This document shows positions 16,448 through 24,515 of a DNA stretch of 30,714 nt, in pieces. The position numbers were made by a program, and so were the translations under genes. The notes below the pieces were generated by a model. That model worked only from the letters and a program-made list of their open reading frames with translations. It did not search any database and was not told where the DNA came from. Source of the DNA: a virus (lineage: Duplodnaviria > Caudoviricetes); the IMG/VR virus record IMGVR_UViG_3300025502_000100, positions 1 to 30,714 of that record; one strand, given 5' to 3'. The stretch's first letter is position 1, and every line of letters starts with the position of its first letter.

Positions 16448-19384
16448 TTAATTATCATCTAATAGATTTTTCTCACTCAATAACCCACCAGGTGCACCTT
16501 TGCCAATATCTTTAAGTTTTTTAAGATTTAACTTATCAAGAATTCCCTCATTACGACGCAGTTCTTGCCTACCTACTGGATCACGACCCATGACATAGTC
16601 ATCCTTGCCATATCGACTCGTGTCTTTGGGACGGCCACCTCGTTTACCAAACATTTCAAAATCTTTTTTAGTATAGACCCGTTTGCCTTGTTTATTTGGC
16701 ACTTTCGAGTACTTATCCGTTGGATCGGCATCACTATCTTGTAGTGGTGGCAACGCACCGTCCTCTTCAGTATCGGTGTCTGCATCATTTGCGTCGGTGT
16801 CATCATCTGCGTCGGTGTCATCATCTGCGTCGGTATCTTCAGGTGGTTGTTTATCGGGATCTTTGCCCTCATTTTGAATAGTTTCTATGCGATAAGCAAA
16901 TTCCATATCTTTTACGATATTATCTAACTCAGTTTGCCTATCATCTTGAGGTAAATCAAGTACATTATCATATATCCAGTCATTTGATAATAGATTCAAT
17001 TCTTTAATGTCAGCTACCAGACTTATTCTCGTTGAGAGTAATTCCATCTGCTCTCGAGTATAAATCGTAGATGGGTTGTTTAGTGTCACTCTGAAGTTAA
17101 TAAGTTCGTCATCGGTATATCCCTGTGTGTACAAGTGTACAATTGCGATTTTTGTTAGTTCAGATTCAACTATGCGTTGGATTCTCTCTATAGTACGAGC
17201 AAATCGAATATCTTCTTGTGCTAAAGTTGCCTTACCATTCAACCCCTCCTCATATCCAAGATATGCTTTAGGAATTTTTAACGCAGACAGTAGTTTATTT
17301 TTAAGATATTCGATATCTTGTATACCGTCATAATCAAGTCCACCAAGTTCACTAACCTCAGACCCCCCATTGGCACCACGCACTGGAAAGTAAAAGTCTT
17401 CAGTCATATTTTGCATATTGTATCTAAGGTTGTACTCTCCAGTTTCCCTATTCATATGCGGTTCTTTCTTCATCTTATTGACCATCTGGTTCATGTAGTT
17501 TTCCACTTCATTTGGTGGAATGTTACCAATGTCAATTTTAAATACTCTTTTAGATGGTGCTCGCATAATACGATGTATCAACATCGCATCTTCCATTAAT
17601 TGTAATTGCTTAAATACACGTCTGCCATTTTCTAGCATAGAGTTGTGTACAACCACTCCATTTGCGATGAAGTTTGAATTGGATGATTCAACTTGAATGT
17701 CATATGTCGGCTGCGTTCCGACATGATTAATTGATGTGATTGGTTGAACGAATATACTAGAGTCATCATCGAGTGTATTATATTCGTAGGACTGTTCTTT
17801 CTCAGAACCATCTAAATAAAAGTATATACAGTGCGAGTTAACTCCATCACATATGTCAGTTATAGCATCATATCCATGTGCGTCTACTTGTGATGCTTTT
17901 ATCAGTAACGTATCAAGTAGTGTAGTTACATCTTCTTTTAATTTTAAATTAGATAATTCTAATTGATATCGACTAGCACCGCACTCATCTGTAACCACCG
18001 AACCGTTGGCATCGACCAATCCACATATAAACTCCAACTTTAGATCGTCTGTTAATTCAAATACCCATGATGGTACTCGTTTAGATGTAGCACGTTTCTG
18101 TAGTCCGTTTATAAGCAAAAACTCAGATAATTCTTCTGAGTTAGACCAATACTGACCACCTGAATTTATAAGTGGGTTACTGTACTCAATTGGTGTGTTT
18201 GAGTATTTCTGTAGTAGTGACGTATAAGTATTATTCACATCTTGGTCGGTACTCAATGTAATATTGACCGATGAGTTGTTGGGTGATGTCCAACCATGAC
18301 CAAGCATAAATCCAAAGAATTTACAGAACTCAGCATCTGCTACTGTTGGTAGTATTTCACTACCATCTTGCAACTCCGTATGATTACTGGTTGTTGTGGA
18401 TTTTTTAGAAAGAGTTACTTCCTTACCAGTGAACTTTTTATAATTTGATACAACAAGTAAGTCCGCTACCTGTAATTCGTCTGCTCGTTTATATGAGAAT
18501 TCCACACCGTTGTGTGTCAGAAATGGATGGGTTTCACTTGCATGCACATACGTATGTGAAGTTTCGATAGATAATATATCTTTATCACCCGACACCGTGG
18601 TGTGTAGCACACGTGTTAACTCATATTCAAGTGTATCGTAGTTAAATGACCAAACGTTATCATCCACATTCAGTTCATCAATTCGAGTTTGACCAAACTC
18701 AGTCATCACATATGAATTCGATGCCAGACATTTTCCATATGGTAAAAAGTTAGAATCGGACAGTAGTCTAAAGTGTGCTATCTCAAAGTTTTCATATTCA
18801 TTATTTCGTTCCAATCTATGCACAAACTTAACATGATGAGGATTCTCTGGATCAGACCCTTCGACTCTATCAATCTCATGCACTGCAAGTGGCTGTACAT
18901 TGATTATGCCATACTTTTCACTAATATCTAACTTTAGGAAAAAATCACCATATTTTGCTAGATTTCTAACCCAAGGCCATAAATTAAATTCTATATTTAA
19001 TATATCGAAGAATAAATTGTCTAAAATTTCTTTAATATTATCATCTTGAGTTGATATAGTTAATATATTACCATGCTCATTTCGTGTAGTAGATTCGTCG
19101 GCATATATATCACATGCTGATGCGAGGATTGGATCCTGATCCATTAGTTCATAATCACGATACAACTGCTCTCGTATTGCAGAGTAACCCATCATTTCAT
19201 GTCGTTTCGAGTGGGCTAATGAAGTTTTATAGACTCTACTAAATCTATCACGCAGGTAGTCATCCGCATACGATTGAGTTCGTGAAGTATCGGATATCTT
19301 TATGTCGCCTTTGCCGGTTTTACGCACGATTACATTACTGCTAAATAACCTACGCAACGCACCTCTTAGTGATTTATCTGCCAT
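16448..19384 (-). CDS. gp20: Portal protein, T4 gp20-like, with an intein (978-aa precursor, about 615 aa spliced)
   Basis: IYADEST, KYGDFF, MEDAMLIHRIMRAPSKRVFKIDIGN, EDFYFPVRG, ALKIPKAYL and EDIRFARTIERIQ motifs. Confidence 0.93.
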   Translation of the reverse strand: MADKSLRGALRRLFSSNVIVRKTGKGDIKISDTSRTQSYADDYLRDRFSRVYKTSLAHSKRHEMMGYSAIREQLYRDYELMDQDPILASACDIYADESTTRNEHGNILTISTQDDNIKEILDNLFFDILNIEFNLWPWVRNLAKYGDFFLKLDISEKYGIINVQPLAVHEIDRVEGSDPENPHHVKFVHRLERNNEYENFEIAHFRLLSDSNFLPYGKCLASNSYVMTEFGQTRIDELNVDDNVWSFNYDTLEYELTRVLHTTVSGDKDILSIETSHTYVHASETHPFLTHNGVEFSYKRADELQVADLLVVSNYKKFTGKEVTLSKKSTTTSNHTELQDGSEILPTVADAEFCKFFGFMLGHGWTSPNNSSVNITLSTDQDVNNTYTSLLQKYSNTPIEYSNPLINSGGQYWSNSEELSEFLLINGLQKRATSKRVPSWVFELTDDLKLEFICGLVDANGSVVTDECGASRYQLELSNLKLKEDVTTLLDTLLIKASQVDAHGYDAITDICDGVNSHCIYFYLDGSEKEQSYEYNTLDDDSSIFVQPITSINHVGTQPTYDIQVESSNSNFIANGVVVHNSMLENGRRVFKQLQLMEDAMLIHRIMRAPSKRVFKIDIGNIPPNEVENYMNQMVNKMKKEPHMNRETGEYNLRYNMQNMTEDFYFPVRGANGGSEVSELGGLDYDGIQDIEYLKNKLLSALKIPKAYLGYEEGLNGKATLAQEDIRFARTIERIQRIVESELTKIAIVHLYTQGYTDDELINFRVTLNNPSTIYTREQMELLSTRISLVADIKELNLLSNDWIYDNVLDLPQDDRQTELDNIVKDMEFAYRIETIQNEGKDPDKQPPEDTDADDDTDADDDTDANDADTDTEEDGALPPLQDSDADPTDKYSKVPNKQGKRVYTKKDFEMFGKRGGRPKDTSRYGKDDYVMGRDPVGRQELRRNEGILDKLNLKKLKDIGKGAPGGLLSEKNLLDDN
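16790..16834. repeat. 18-bp tandem repeat (2.5 copies) encoding DTDADD in the portal acidic tail
   Basis: TGCGTCGGTGTCATCATC twice plus a partial copy. Confidence 0.85.
17642..18730 (-). mobile_element. Intein (363 aa) with a degenerate LAGLIDADG endonuclease, within the portal
   Basis: PYGK|CLASNSYV ... ASETHPFL (block B) ... TYDIQV..NFIANGVVVHN|SMLE; LAGLIDADG-like helices FFGFMLGHG and FICGLVDANG. Confidence 0.92.
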
Positions 19385-19434
19385 GTATTATATTATATAT
19401 GTTTTCTAGAAAAAAAGTTAATCAATTATCGTAT

Positions 19435-19595
19435 GTGAACTACACACCTACGCAAAAGCGATAGATGTGCTTCGGGCTTCATCGAAAGTGCTACCTGAGT
19501 AGTCTGAGTCTTTCTCCACCTTTGTATTGGACAGTCCCTGCCCAAATATTTTTAATCCTTCTTTTAGAACGACCTGTGAGTTTTACGCTCCATCT
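19435..19595 (-). mobile_element. Non-autonomous IS200/IS605-derived mini-element A (tnpB 3' remnant plus right end/omega-RNA-like)
   Basis: Remnant frame LKEGLKIFGQGLSNTKVE...EARSTSIAFA* (19567-19448) resembles TnpB C-termini; subterminal hairpin CCGAAG-GCACATCTA..TAGGTGTGT-AGTTCAC end. Left boundary inferred. Confidence 0.7.
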
Positions 19596-19602
19596 ATAAA
19601 TA
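19595..19602 (-). promoter_or_regulatory. Putative late promoter TATTTATA for the portal gene, abutting element A
   Basis: Recurrent motif. Confidence 0.6.
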
Positions 19603-19633
19603 TAACTATTAAACTAGAAATAGCAAATTAGTT

Positions 19634-21220
19634 TTACTTGTCAAATAACCAACGAAAGTCTACGACTTCTCCTTTGATTTCTTGCGTATATGGATTCGAT
19701 GAAATGGATGATGGTGTAAATACACCTGAGGTGGTGGTTCGTTGAATTCCATTAAGTGCCTGTCGGGTCATTTCCATACTTTCCATGCGAAGTTTCAGTG
19801 CAGTATCACGCACCCACAATGCAATCGCATAACTCATTACTAAGTCATCATGATATCCACCCATTGCTTCTGCTCTCTGACCTTTCCATATGAATGTAAA
19901 TAGTTCATCTATCAGTCGAGTATCTTTTATTATAGCATCTTTTTTTCGAACATATTCATCTAACTTAGAGATGAGCATAGGTCTTGTTTTAGTTGATGTG
20001 GTGAATCCTGGAGTAGTTGGGTTCTCCGTATCTGCTCGCTTATTTATATAAGCATAATGAGTATCAACCACTTGCATGTCCTTTGATGAGTAAAATATAT
20101 TAGGATACCCGATGTCTATCATTTCTTGTAATGTCGCCCAACCTACGTTTGCATTTTCCACCACAACCAATGCGTTATTCCACTCACTTCCAACTAGTGT
20201 CAGCATCCGTCCAAATTCTTTTGTGTCTATTTTTGCTTTAAACGACGCAACTTGTCTGAGGGTTTCTACTTCTAAAACATTAAATGTGGAAAAATCAGAT
20301 GCATCACCTCGAGCAACGTCGGCTGATACGATGTAGTTCATAGCATAGTCAGGATACTCCCATAACCAATAACTCTGCAACATGCCACGTTTTTCGATAG
20401 GATCGCATACGTGAGTATCTCGATACCACTCTAGTACGTCTCCAGGCACAATACTGTCACCCGATGACATAAAACTACAGTCACACTCTTGTGCTGCCAG
20501 CTTAGGCCCTAATACATCGTCTTGTTCGTCCCGCCATGCTTGGTCTCGGTCGGGATGTAGACTCCAGTGTAGGTTGATCGTATTAAACCTATTAGTCCCG
20601 TCTTTGGCACCATTCCACGTCTTGTGAAACCACCCACCCATACCATTCGGAGTTGACAGTGCGATACATTTACCACCTGTTGCGAGTGTCTGTTGGGCAG
20701 ATGCCCATATGTCATCGATGTAATCTATAAAGGCACATTCATCGAGGACTAATAGCGATACAGATTCAGAACGACCTGCGTCAGGAGAACTTGCAACTGC
20801 TTTAATAGACGATCCATTTGCAAAAACAAGGGATAACTTATTATCTTCAATGGTGGTTCCACGCAACCACTTAGGTAATGATTCTTGTGCATATCGAACT
20901 TTAGTAACTAAGTTCTTCGCAACATCTTGTTTGGTTGCAATAATAAGAACTTTTTTATCTTTCTGAAATAACATTAACCACAATGCGTATGCAGCGGTCA
21001 GTGTCGACAGTCCCATTTGACGTGCCTTGAGTATTACATTATAATCGTTCTTTACAAGTTGATCGAATGCCAGTTCTTGAAATCTATATGTATCAAACTT
21101 TATCTTACCCTTCGTTGGGTGTGATATATAGATATACTTTTTAAAAAAATAGATGGGGTCACGTGCACATCGCACGTACTCTTCTCTAATTAGTTTCTTA
21201 TAGTTTACGTCAGAACTCAT
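19634..21220 (-). CDS. terL: Terminase large subunit, T4 gp17-like (528 aa)
   Basis: Walker A KARQMGLST, Walker B LLVLDECAF, LSTPNG, nuclease motifs ADVARG and HDDLVMS. Confidence 0.95.
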   Translation of the reverse strand: MSSDVNYKKLIREEYVRCARDPIYFFKKYIYISHPTKGKIKFDTYRFQELAFDQLVKNDYNVILKARQMGLSTLTAAYALWLMLFQKDKKVLIIATKQDVAKNLVTKVRYAQESLPKWLRGTTIEDNKLSLVFANGSSIKAVASSPDAGRSESVSLLVLDECAFIDYIDDIWASAQQTLATGGKCIALSTPNGMGGWFHKTWNGAKDGTNRFNTINLHWSLHPDRDQAWRDEQDDVLGPKLAAQECDCSFMSSGDSIVPGDVLEWYRDTHVCDPIEKRGMLQSYWLWEYPDYAMNYIVSADVARGDASDFSTFNVLEVETLRQVASFKAKIDTKEFGRMLTLVGSEWNNALVVVENANVGWATLQEMIDIGYPNIFYSSKDMQVVDTHYAYINKRADTENPTTPGFTTSTKTRPMLISKLDEYVRKKDAIIKDTRLIDELFTFIWKGQRAEAMGGYHDDLVMSYAIALWVRDTALKLRMESMEMTRQALNGIQRTTTSGVFTPSSISSNPYTQEIKGEVVDFRWLFDK

Positions 21221-21262
21221 TTTTTAATTAATTAGTTATATATCTATATATATCTAACTACA

Positions 21263-22036
21263 TTAAAATTTGATTAGATTATAATTAAATCCAACTCCAA
21301 TATACGGTAAAAAGTTTGCACCATTGAACTGCATACCACTACTAACTCCGAATCCAAATCTACGTGACTTTGGGTGAATTCGAGATTTTTGAATAACAGC
21401 TCCTTGTAAGTTTGTGATTTGAACATTGTCCAAAGGACTCCTTACAAAAATAGTGTAAATATCGTCATACTCTCGGATGCCTGTGATAAGTGATAATTTT
21501 ATCACATTGTCGGTTATTCTAGTACTAATATTGTATGGGGTATACAACAGACTATCCCATCTAAATTCTACATATCCTTTTATGAAAAAATATGTGGAAT
21601 CTCTATTAAGAGACGATTGAAAGTTTACGGTGAATGCGTCGTTTATCTGAGTTACTGACGTTTGAGACAAATATACCGTATCTGACTTTACTACAACAGA
21701 TGTCTTAATAATAGTTTTGACATTACCACGTTCCTTTTCCAACTCCGCAAATAAAGAATCACTATATACTTTCAATGATTTTTTATCAGATACTAGTGCC
21801 TGTCGTTCAAATCCCAACTCACCTGTGGTTGTCTCATAGGTGCGAACAGAGTCACGCAATGCATTGACGTTCTCTAATCTATTTTTTGAAATAGATTGTT
21901 CATCGAGATATGCACCTCGGTACTTAGCGATTCCTAGACCTAGTATAACTACTAGTATAAATAATACATATCGTTGATTGTCAGGCTTTGTTATGAAATC
22001 AAAAAATGATTTTAGTAGTGGAATTATTAAACTCAC
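21263..22036 (-). CDS. Membrane-anchored protein with a coiled coil and C-terminal amphipathic beta-strands; candidate spanin-like lysis protein (257 aa)
   Basis: N-terminal TM YVLFILVVILGLGIA; C-terminus FGFGVSSG...PYIGVGFNYNLIKF. Confidence 0.5.
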   Translation of the reverse strand: MSLIIPLLKSFFDFITKPDNQRYVLFILVVILGLGIAKYRGAYLDEQSISKNRLENVNALRDSVRTYETTTGELGFERQALVSDKKSLKVYSDSLFAELEKERGNVKTIIKTSVVVKSDTVYLSQTSVTQINDAFTVNFQSSLNRDSTYFFIKGYVEFRWDSLLYTPYNISTRITDNVIKLSLITGIREYDDIYTIFVRSPLDNVQITNLQGAVIQKSRIHPKSRRFGFGVSSGMQFNGANFLPYIGVGFNYNLIKF

Positions 22037-22464
22037 GGAAAGTCCCCTACTATAAGTTTAGCAACAATTCCAATTAATGCCATTACAATTATCCATAATA
22101 ACTTAACCACATTTTTTTTAAATGAAACTAGGTTATTATGAGAACCGACTATGTCATTATTAATAACATCATCAACTGCTTGTTGTATTTTAAAAAAATC
22201 TGCTGGATTAATTAATGCTTTATCCAATAAATTAACACGCACCGCTAGTCCAGTCTCAGGGTCTAATATTCGTTGTTGCAAGACCCGGACTTTATCGTCG
22301 ATTTGTTTGATGTGATTTGCTATATTGTCTATGTTATTTTGTATAACATTTAACTCACCATTCGGCAACCTCTTTCTGAGCAACTCGAGTTGAACACTCA
22401 GTTGCGATAGTAATTCGGTGTTAGTGTCATTCAATTCGCTCATTGTATTTTGTATAATACTCAT
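22033..22464 (-). CDS. Coiled-coil protein with a C-terminal TM helix; candidate holin-like protein
   Basis: Heptad region IQNNIDNIANHIKQIDDKVRVLQ; TM LLWIIVMALIGIVAKLIV. The start may be 22443. Confidence 0.5.
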   Translation of the reverse strand: MSIIQNTMSELNDTNTELLSQLSVQLELLRKRLPNGELNVIQNNIDNIANHIKQIDDKVRVLQQRILDPETGLAVRVNLLDKALINPADFFKIQQAVDDVINNDIVGSHNNLVSFKKNVVKLLWIIVMALIGIVAKLIVGDFP

Positions 22465-23026
22465 CTATTACATTATGTAACTTTCTTCTATAAGTATCAA
22501 GGCTTTCCGCATATTCATCGATAATCTCATCAAAATTTATGTCAGACGACCATCGTTCTCTAGTTCCGTCCGACATAATAAATTCAGGGTTTTTCTTTGC
22601 GTTTTCTTTGAAGTCTTGAAACTGATCTTCTTGATCCCGTAACCAACTCTGTGATGATTTAATTCGCTTCTTCCATGTAAATTGCTCAAGTGTACCATCT
22701 TTGCGCATGGTATTATGGTCATCAACCATACAGTCAAGGCAAGTGCCATTGTTATAGTACGCAGTTGTTCCTGACTTTCCCCTTATAACTCCACTACATC
22801 GAGGACAGAATGTTGGTATACGAACATCATCAAATCTTGTTATATTTGTGACAGTACCATTTTCCATTTTAGTCCAGGTTTTTCCATTATGCTCCCACGT
22901 ATCCCCAACTTTCTTACCCTTTGAACTTAACCCTTGCTTACCATTACCAAATCCAACTTGGACAGCTTTTTGTATATCCTTGCCTTGTAGTAATGTCTTT
23001 AAATTATCTATATTTTTTGTATCCAT
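22427..23026 (-). CDS. Hypothetical zinc-binding protein (199 aa)
   Basis: KVGDTWEHNGKTW beta motif; CPRC...CLDC..DH. Confidence 0.65.
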   Translation of the reverse strand: MDTKNIDNLKTLLQGKDIQKAVQVGFGNGKQGLSSKGKKVGDTWEHNGKTWTKMENGTVTNITRFDDVRIPTFCPRCSGVIRGKSGTTAYYNNGTCLDCMVDDHNTMRKDGTLEQFTWKKRIKSSQSWLRDQEDQFQDFKENAKKNPEFIMSDGTRERWSSDINFDEIIDEYAESLDTYRRKLHNVIDEYYTKYNERIE

Positions 23027-23045
23027 AACCTTGTATTAATTGTAT

Positions 23046-23129
23046 GTGAACTGCCCATCCACACCAAAGGTGATGTGATGGACTTCGGAGGTCATAGGCT
23101 CACCTAATGATGACTCCTTGCTCTATTCT
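23046..23129 (-). mobile_element. 84-bp IS200/IS605-like mini-element B (right end/omega-RNA-like structured RNA)
   Basis: Same frame as element A (CCGAAG-stem-AGTTCAC|ATAC) with a different but pairing stem GTCCATC..CACC-TTT-GGTG..GATGGGC; additional 5' hairpin GGAGTCAT..TAGG-TGAG-CCTA-TGACCTCC. Confidence 0.65.
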
Positions 23130-23136
23130 ATAAATA
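23129..23136 (-). promoter_or_regulatory. Putative late promoter TATTTATA, abutting element B
   Basis: Recurrent motif, 7 nt after the ligase-like stop. Confidence 0.6.
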
Positions 23137-23143
23137 TACATAT

Positions 23144-24514
23144 CTATTGAATATTGTATATATTTTTTATTTCATGTAATTTCGAATTTCCAATCACAAA
23201 ATGAATTACGCTATAATAAATAGGAAGGAGGTCGGCGTCATCTACCTCACTCAATGCGTCTTGTATAGTTTTTATAAACGAGGCACTTGCATTAATTTTT
23301 TCAGAAGAAATAATGTATTTTGACATAGGTATAGATTCTTTATTTCTTTCAAGTAGTTGAGTTTCATGTAGTATTACCTCATGTAATGCAAGTAACTCAC
23401 GTGTGACAATTTCCTTTACCTCGTCACACGGCAGTTGAATACGGCCTTCTGTATTCATATCATTGTATATTACATCAAACACTTCATGTACGTATCGGAA
23501 CGTCCGAGGATTTCCGGTTCCCTTATTGATAAATAAGTAATCATTTAGTTTCTCAATAATTTTTGTAAAATTCTTAAGTATATCAGCACCAAAGAATATA
23601 TTTTTCTTTATCCTAGACTTAGCTGATGTAATTGCACGAGTGACCTTGCTTGAGTTTTCGGATGCTACTTTATTTATTTCAGAAAATGAATCTTTGTCCA
23701 CTATCTTTACCACGAGATTGTTTGCAAAATCACGCACAATAACACCCTCTGGCTCACCATTTCCAATGTGAGACACTGTACCCTTTACAAAATAATTTAT
23801 AAACTGTAACTTAATATTATCTTTGATTGTCTGTATTTGAGTTGTTACCTCAGTTTTCAATTGCTGAGTTGCTCGTTTGCGGGATCCTAATAAGGTTACA
23901 TTGTCGGAACTTAGTTTACGTAGATCGTCAATTGGTTTGGTATTTATCTCAAACCCACTAATATCAACTTTATTTTTTACAACCACCACCCACCCACCAA
24001 CATCGTGTAGTGTGCATGCAATGAATTCGAGAATATCGTCGGACGTAGGTAATTCTAATATAGAGTTACCACCAAGCAGTACGTCAAATACCACAATAGA
24101 TTTATTGGAAGCATATTGCACAATGTTTGTCTGTGAGTTAGGCATTATTTCACAAAATACTTGAAAGTTAAATTCACCAGAAATGTCCAACTTAAATTTA
24201 ATGAAGTCGTATATTTCACTTAATAAACTTGAGTTGCACTCTAGTATATCATGATACTCACGCAGTCCTTGCATGAAAGAAAAGTCTGCATATTCACTCG
24301 AAGATTTAATTGGGAGTGATCGTTTGGTCTTAGTATACAATTCCCCATCCAGACCACGTCCAAACGAAAAGTTCTGTCCGTCTATTTTCTCGGATACTTC
24401 TATGGTATCAGTTGAATCTTTTATAAAATTATCTACAAATAGTAAAAAATTTTTGGTAGATAGTTCATCCATGTGAACTATCTTTTCCATATGCGATACA
24501 CTGTCTAACGTCAT
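23144..24514 (-). CDS. ATP-dependent RNA-ligase-like (covalent nucleotidyltransferase fold) protein (456 aa)
   Basis: Motif I VSEKIDGQN, III VFCEI, IIIa VVFDV, IV EGVIVR, V VVKIVDK; helical C-terminus with no OB domain evident. Confidence 0.7.
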   Translation of the reverse strand: MTLDSVSHMEKIVHMDELSTKNFLLFVDNFIKDSTDTIEVSEKIDGQNFSFGRGLDGELYTKTKRSLPIKSSSEYADFSFMQGLREYHDILECNSSLLSEIYDFIKFKLDISGEFNFQVFCEIMPNSQTNIVQYASNKSIVVFDVLLGGNSILELPTSDDILEFIACTLHDVGGWVVVVKNKVDISGFEINTKPIDDLRKLSSDNVTLLGSRKRATQQLKTEVTTQIQTIKDNIKLQFINYFVKGTVSHIGNGEPEGVIVRDFANNLVVKIVDKDSFSEINKVASENSSKVTRAITSAKSRIKKNIFFGADILKNFTKIIEKLNDYLFINKGTGNPRTFRYVHEVFDVIYNDMNTEGRIQLPCDEVKEIVTRELLALHEVILHETQLLERNKESIPMSKYIISSEKINASASFIKTIQDALSEVDDADLLPIYYSVIHFVIGNSKLHEIKNIYNIQ

Positions 24515-24515
24515 G

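Noticed and set aside
22427-23026. Small terminase call for the 199-aa protein
   Set aside because: Only its position near terL suggests it; no gp16-like motif was recognised.
19431-23060. Elements A and B as a CRISPR mini-array or as ends of one composite transposon around terL
   Set aside because: They are 3.5 kb apart, in direct orientation, share only short terminal motifs, and each has its own left and right boundary.
5636-23146. Stop-codon reassignment as seen in some large phages
   Set aside because: TAG (5636, 6878, 23144), TGA and TAA all end genes at sensible positions, and core genes are unbroken in the standard code.
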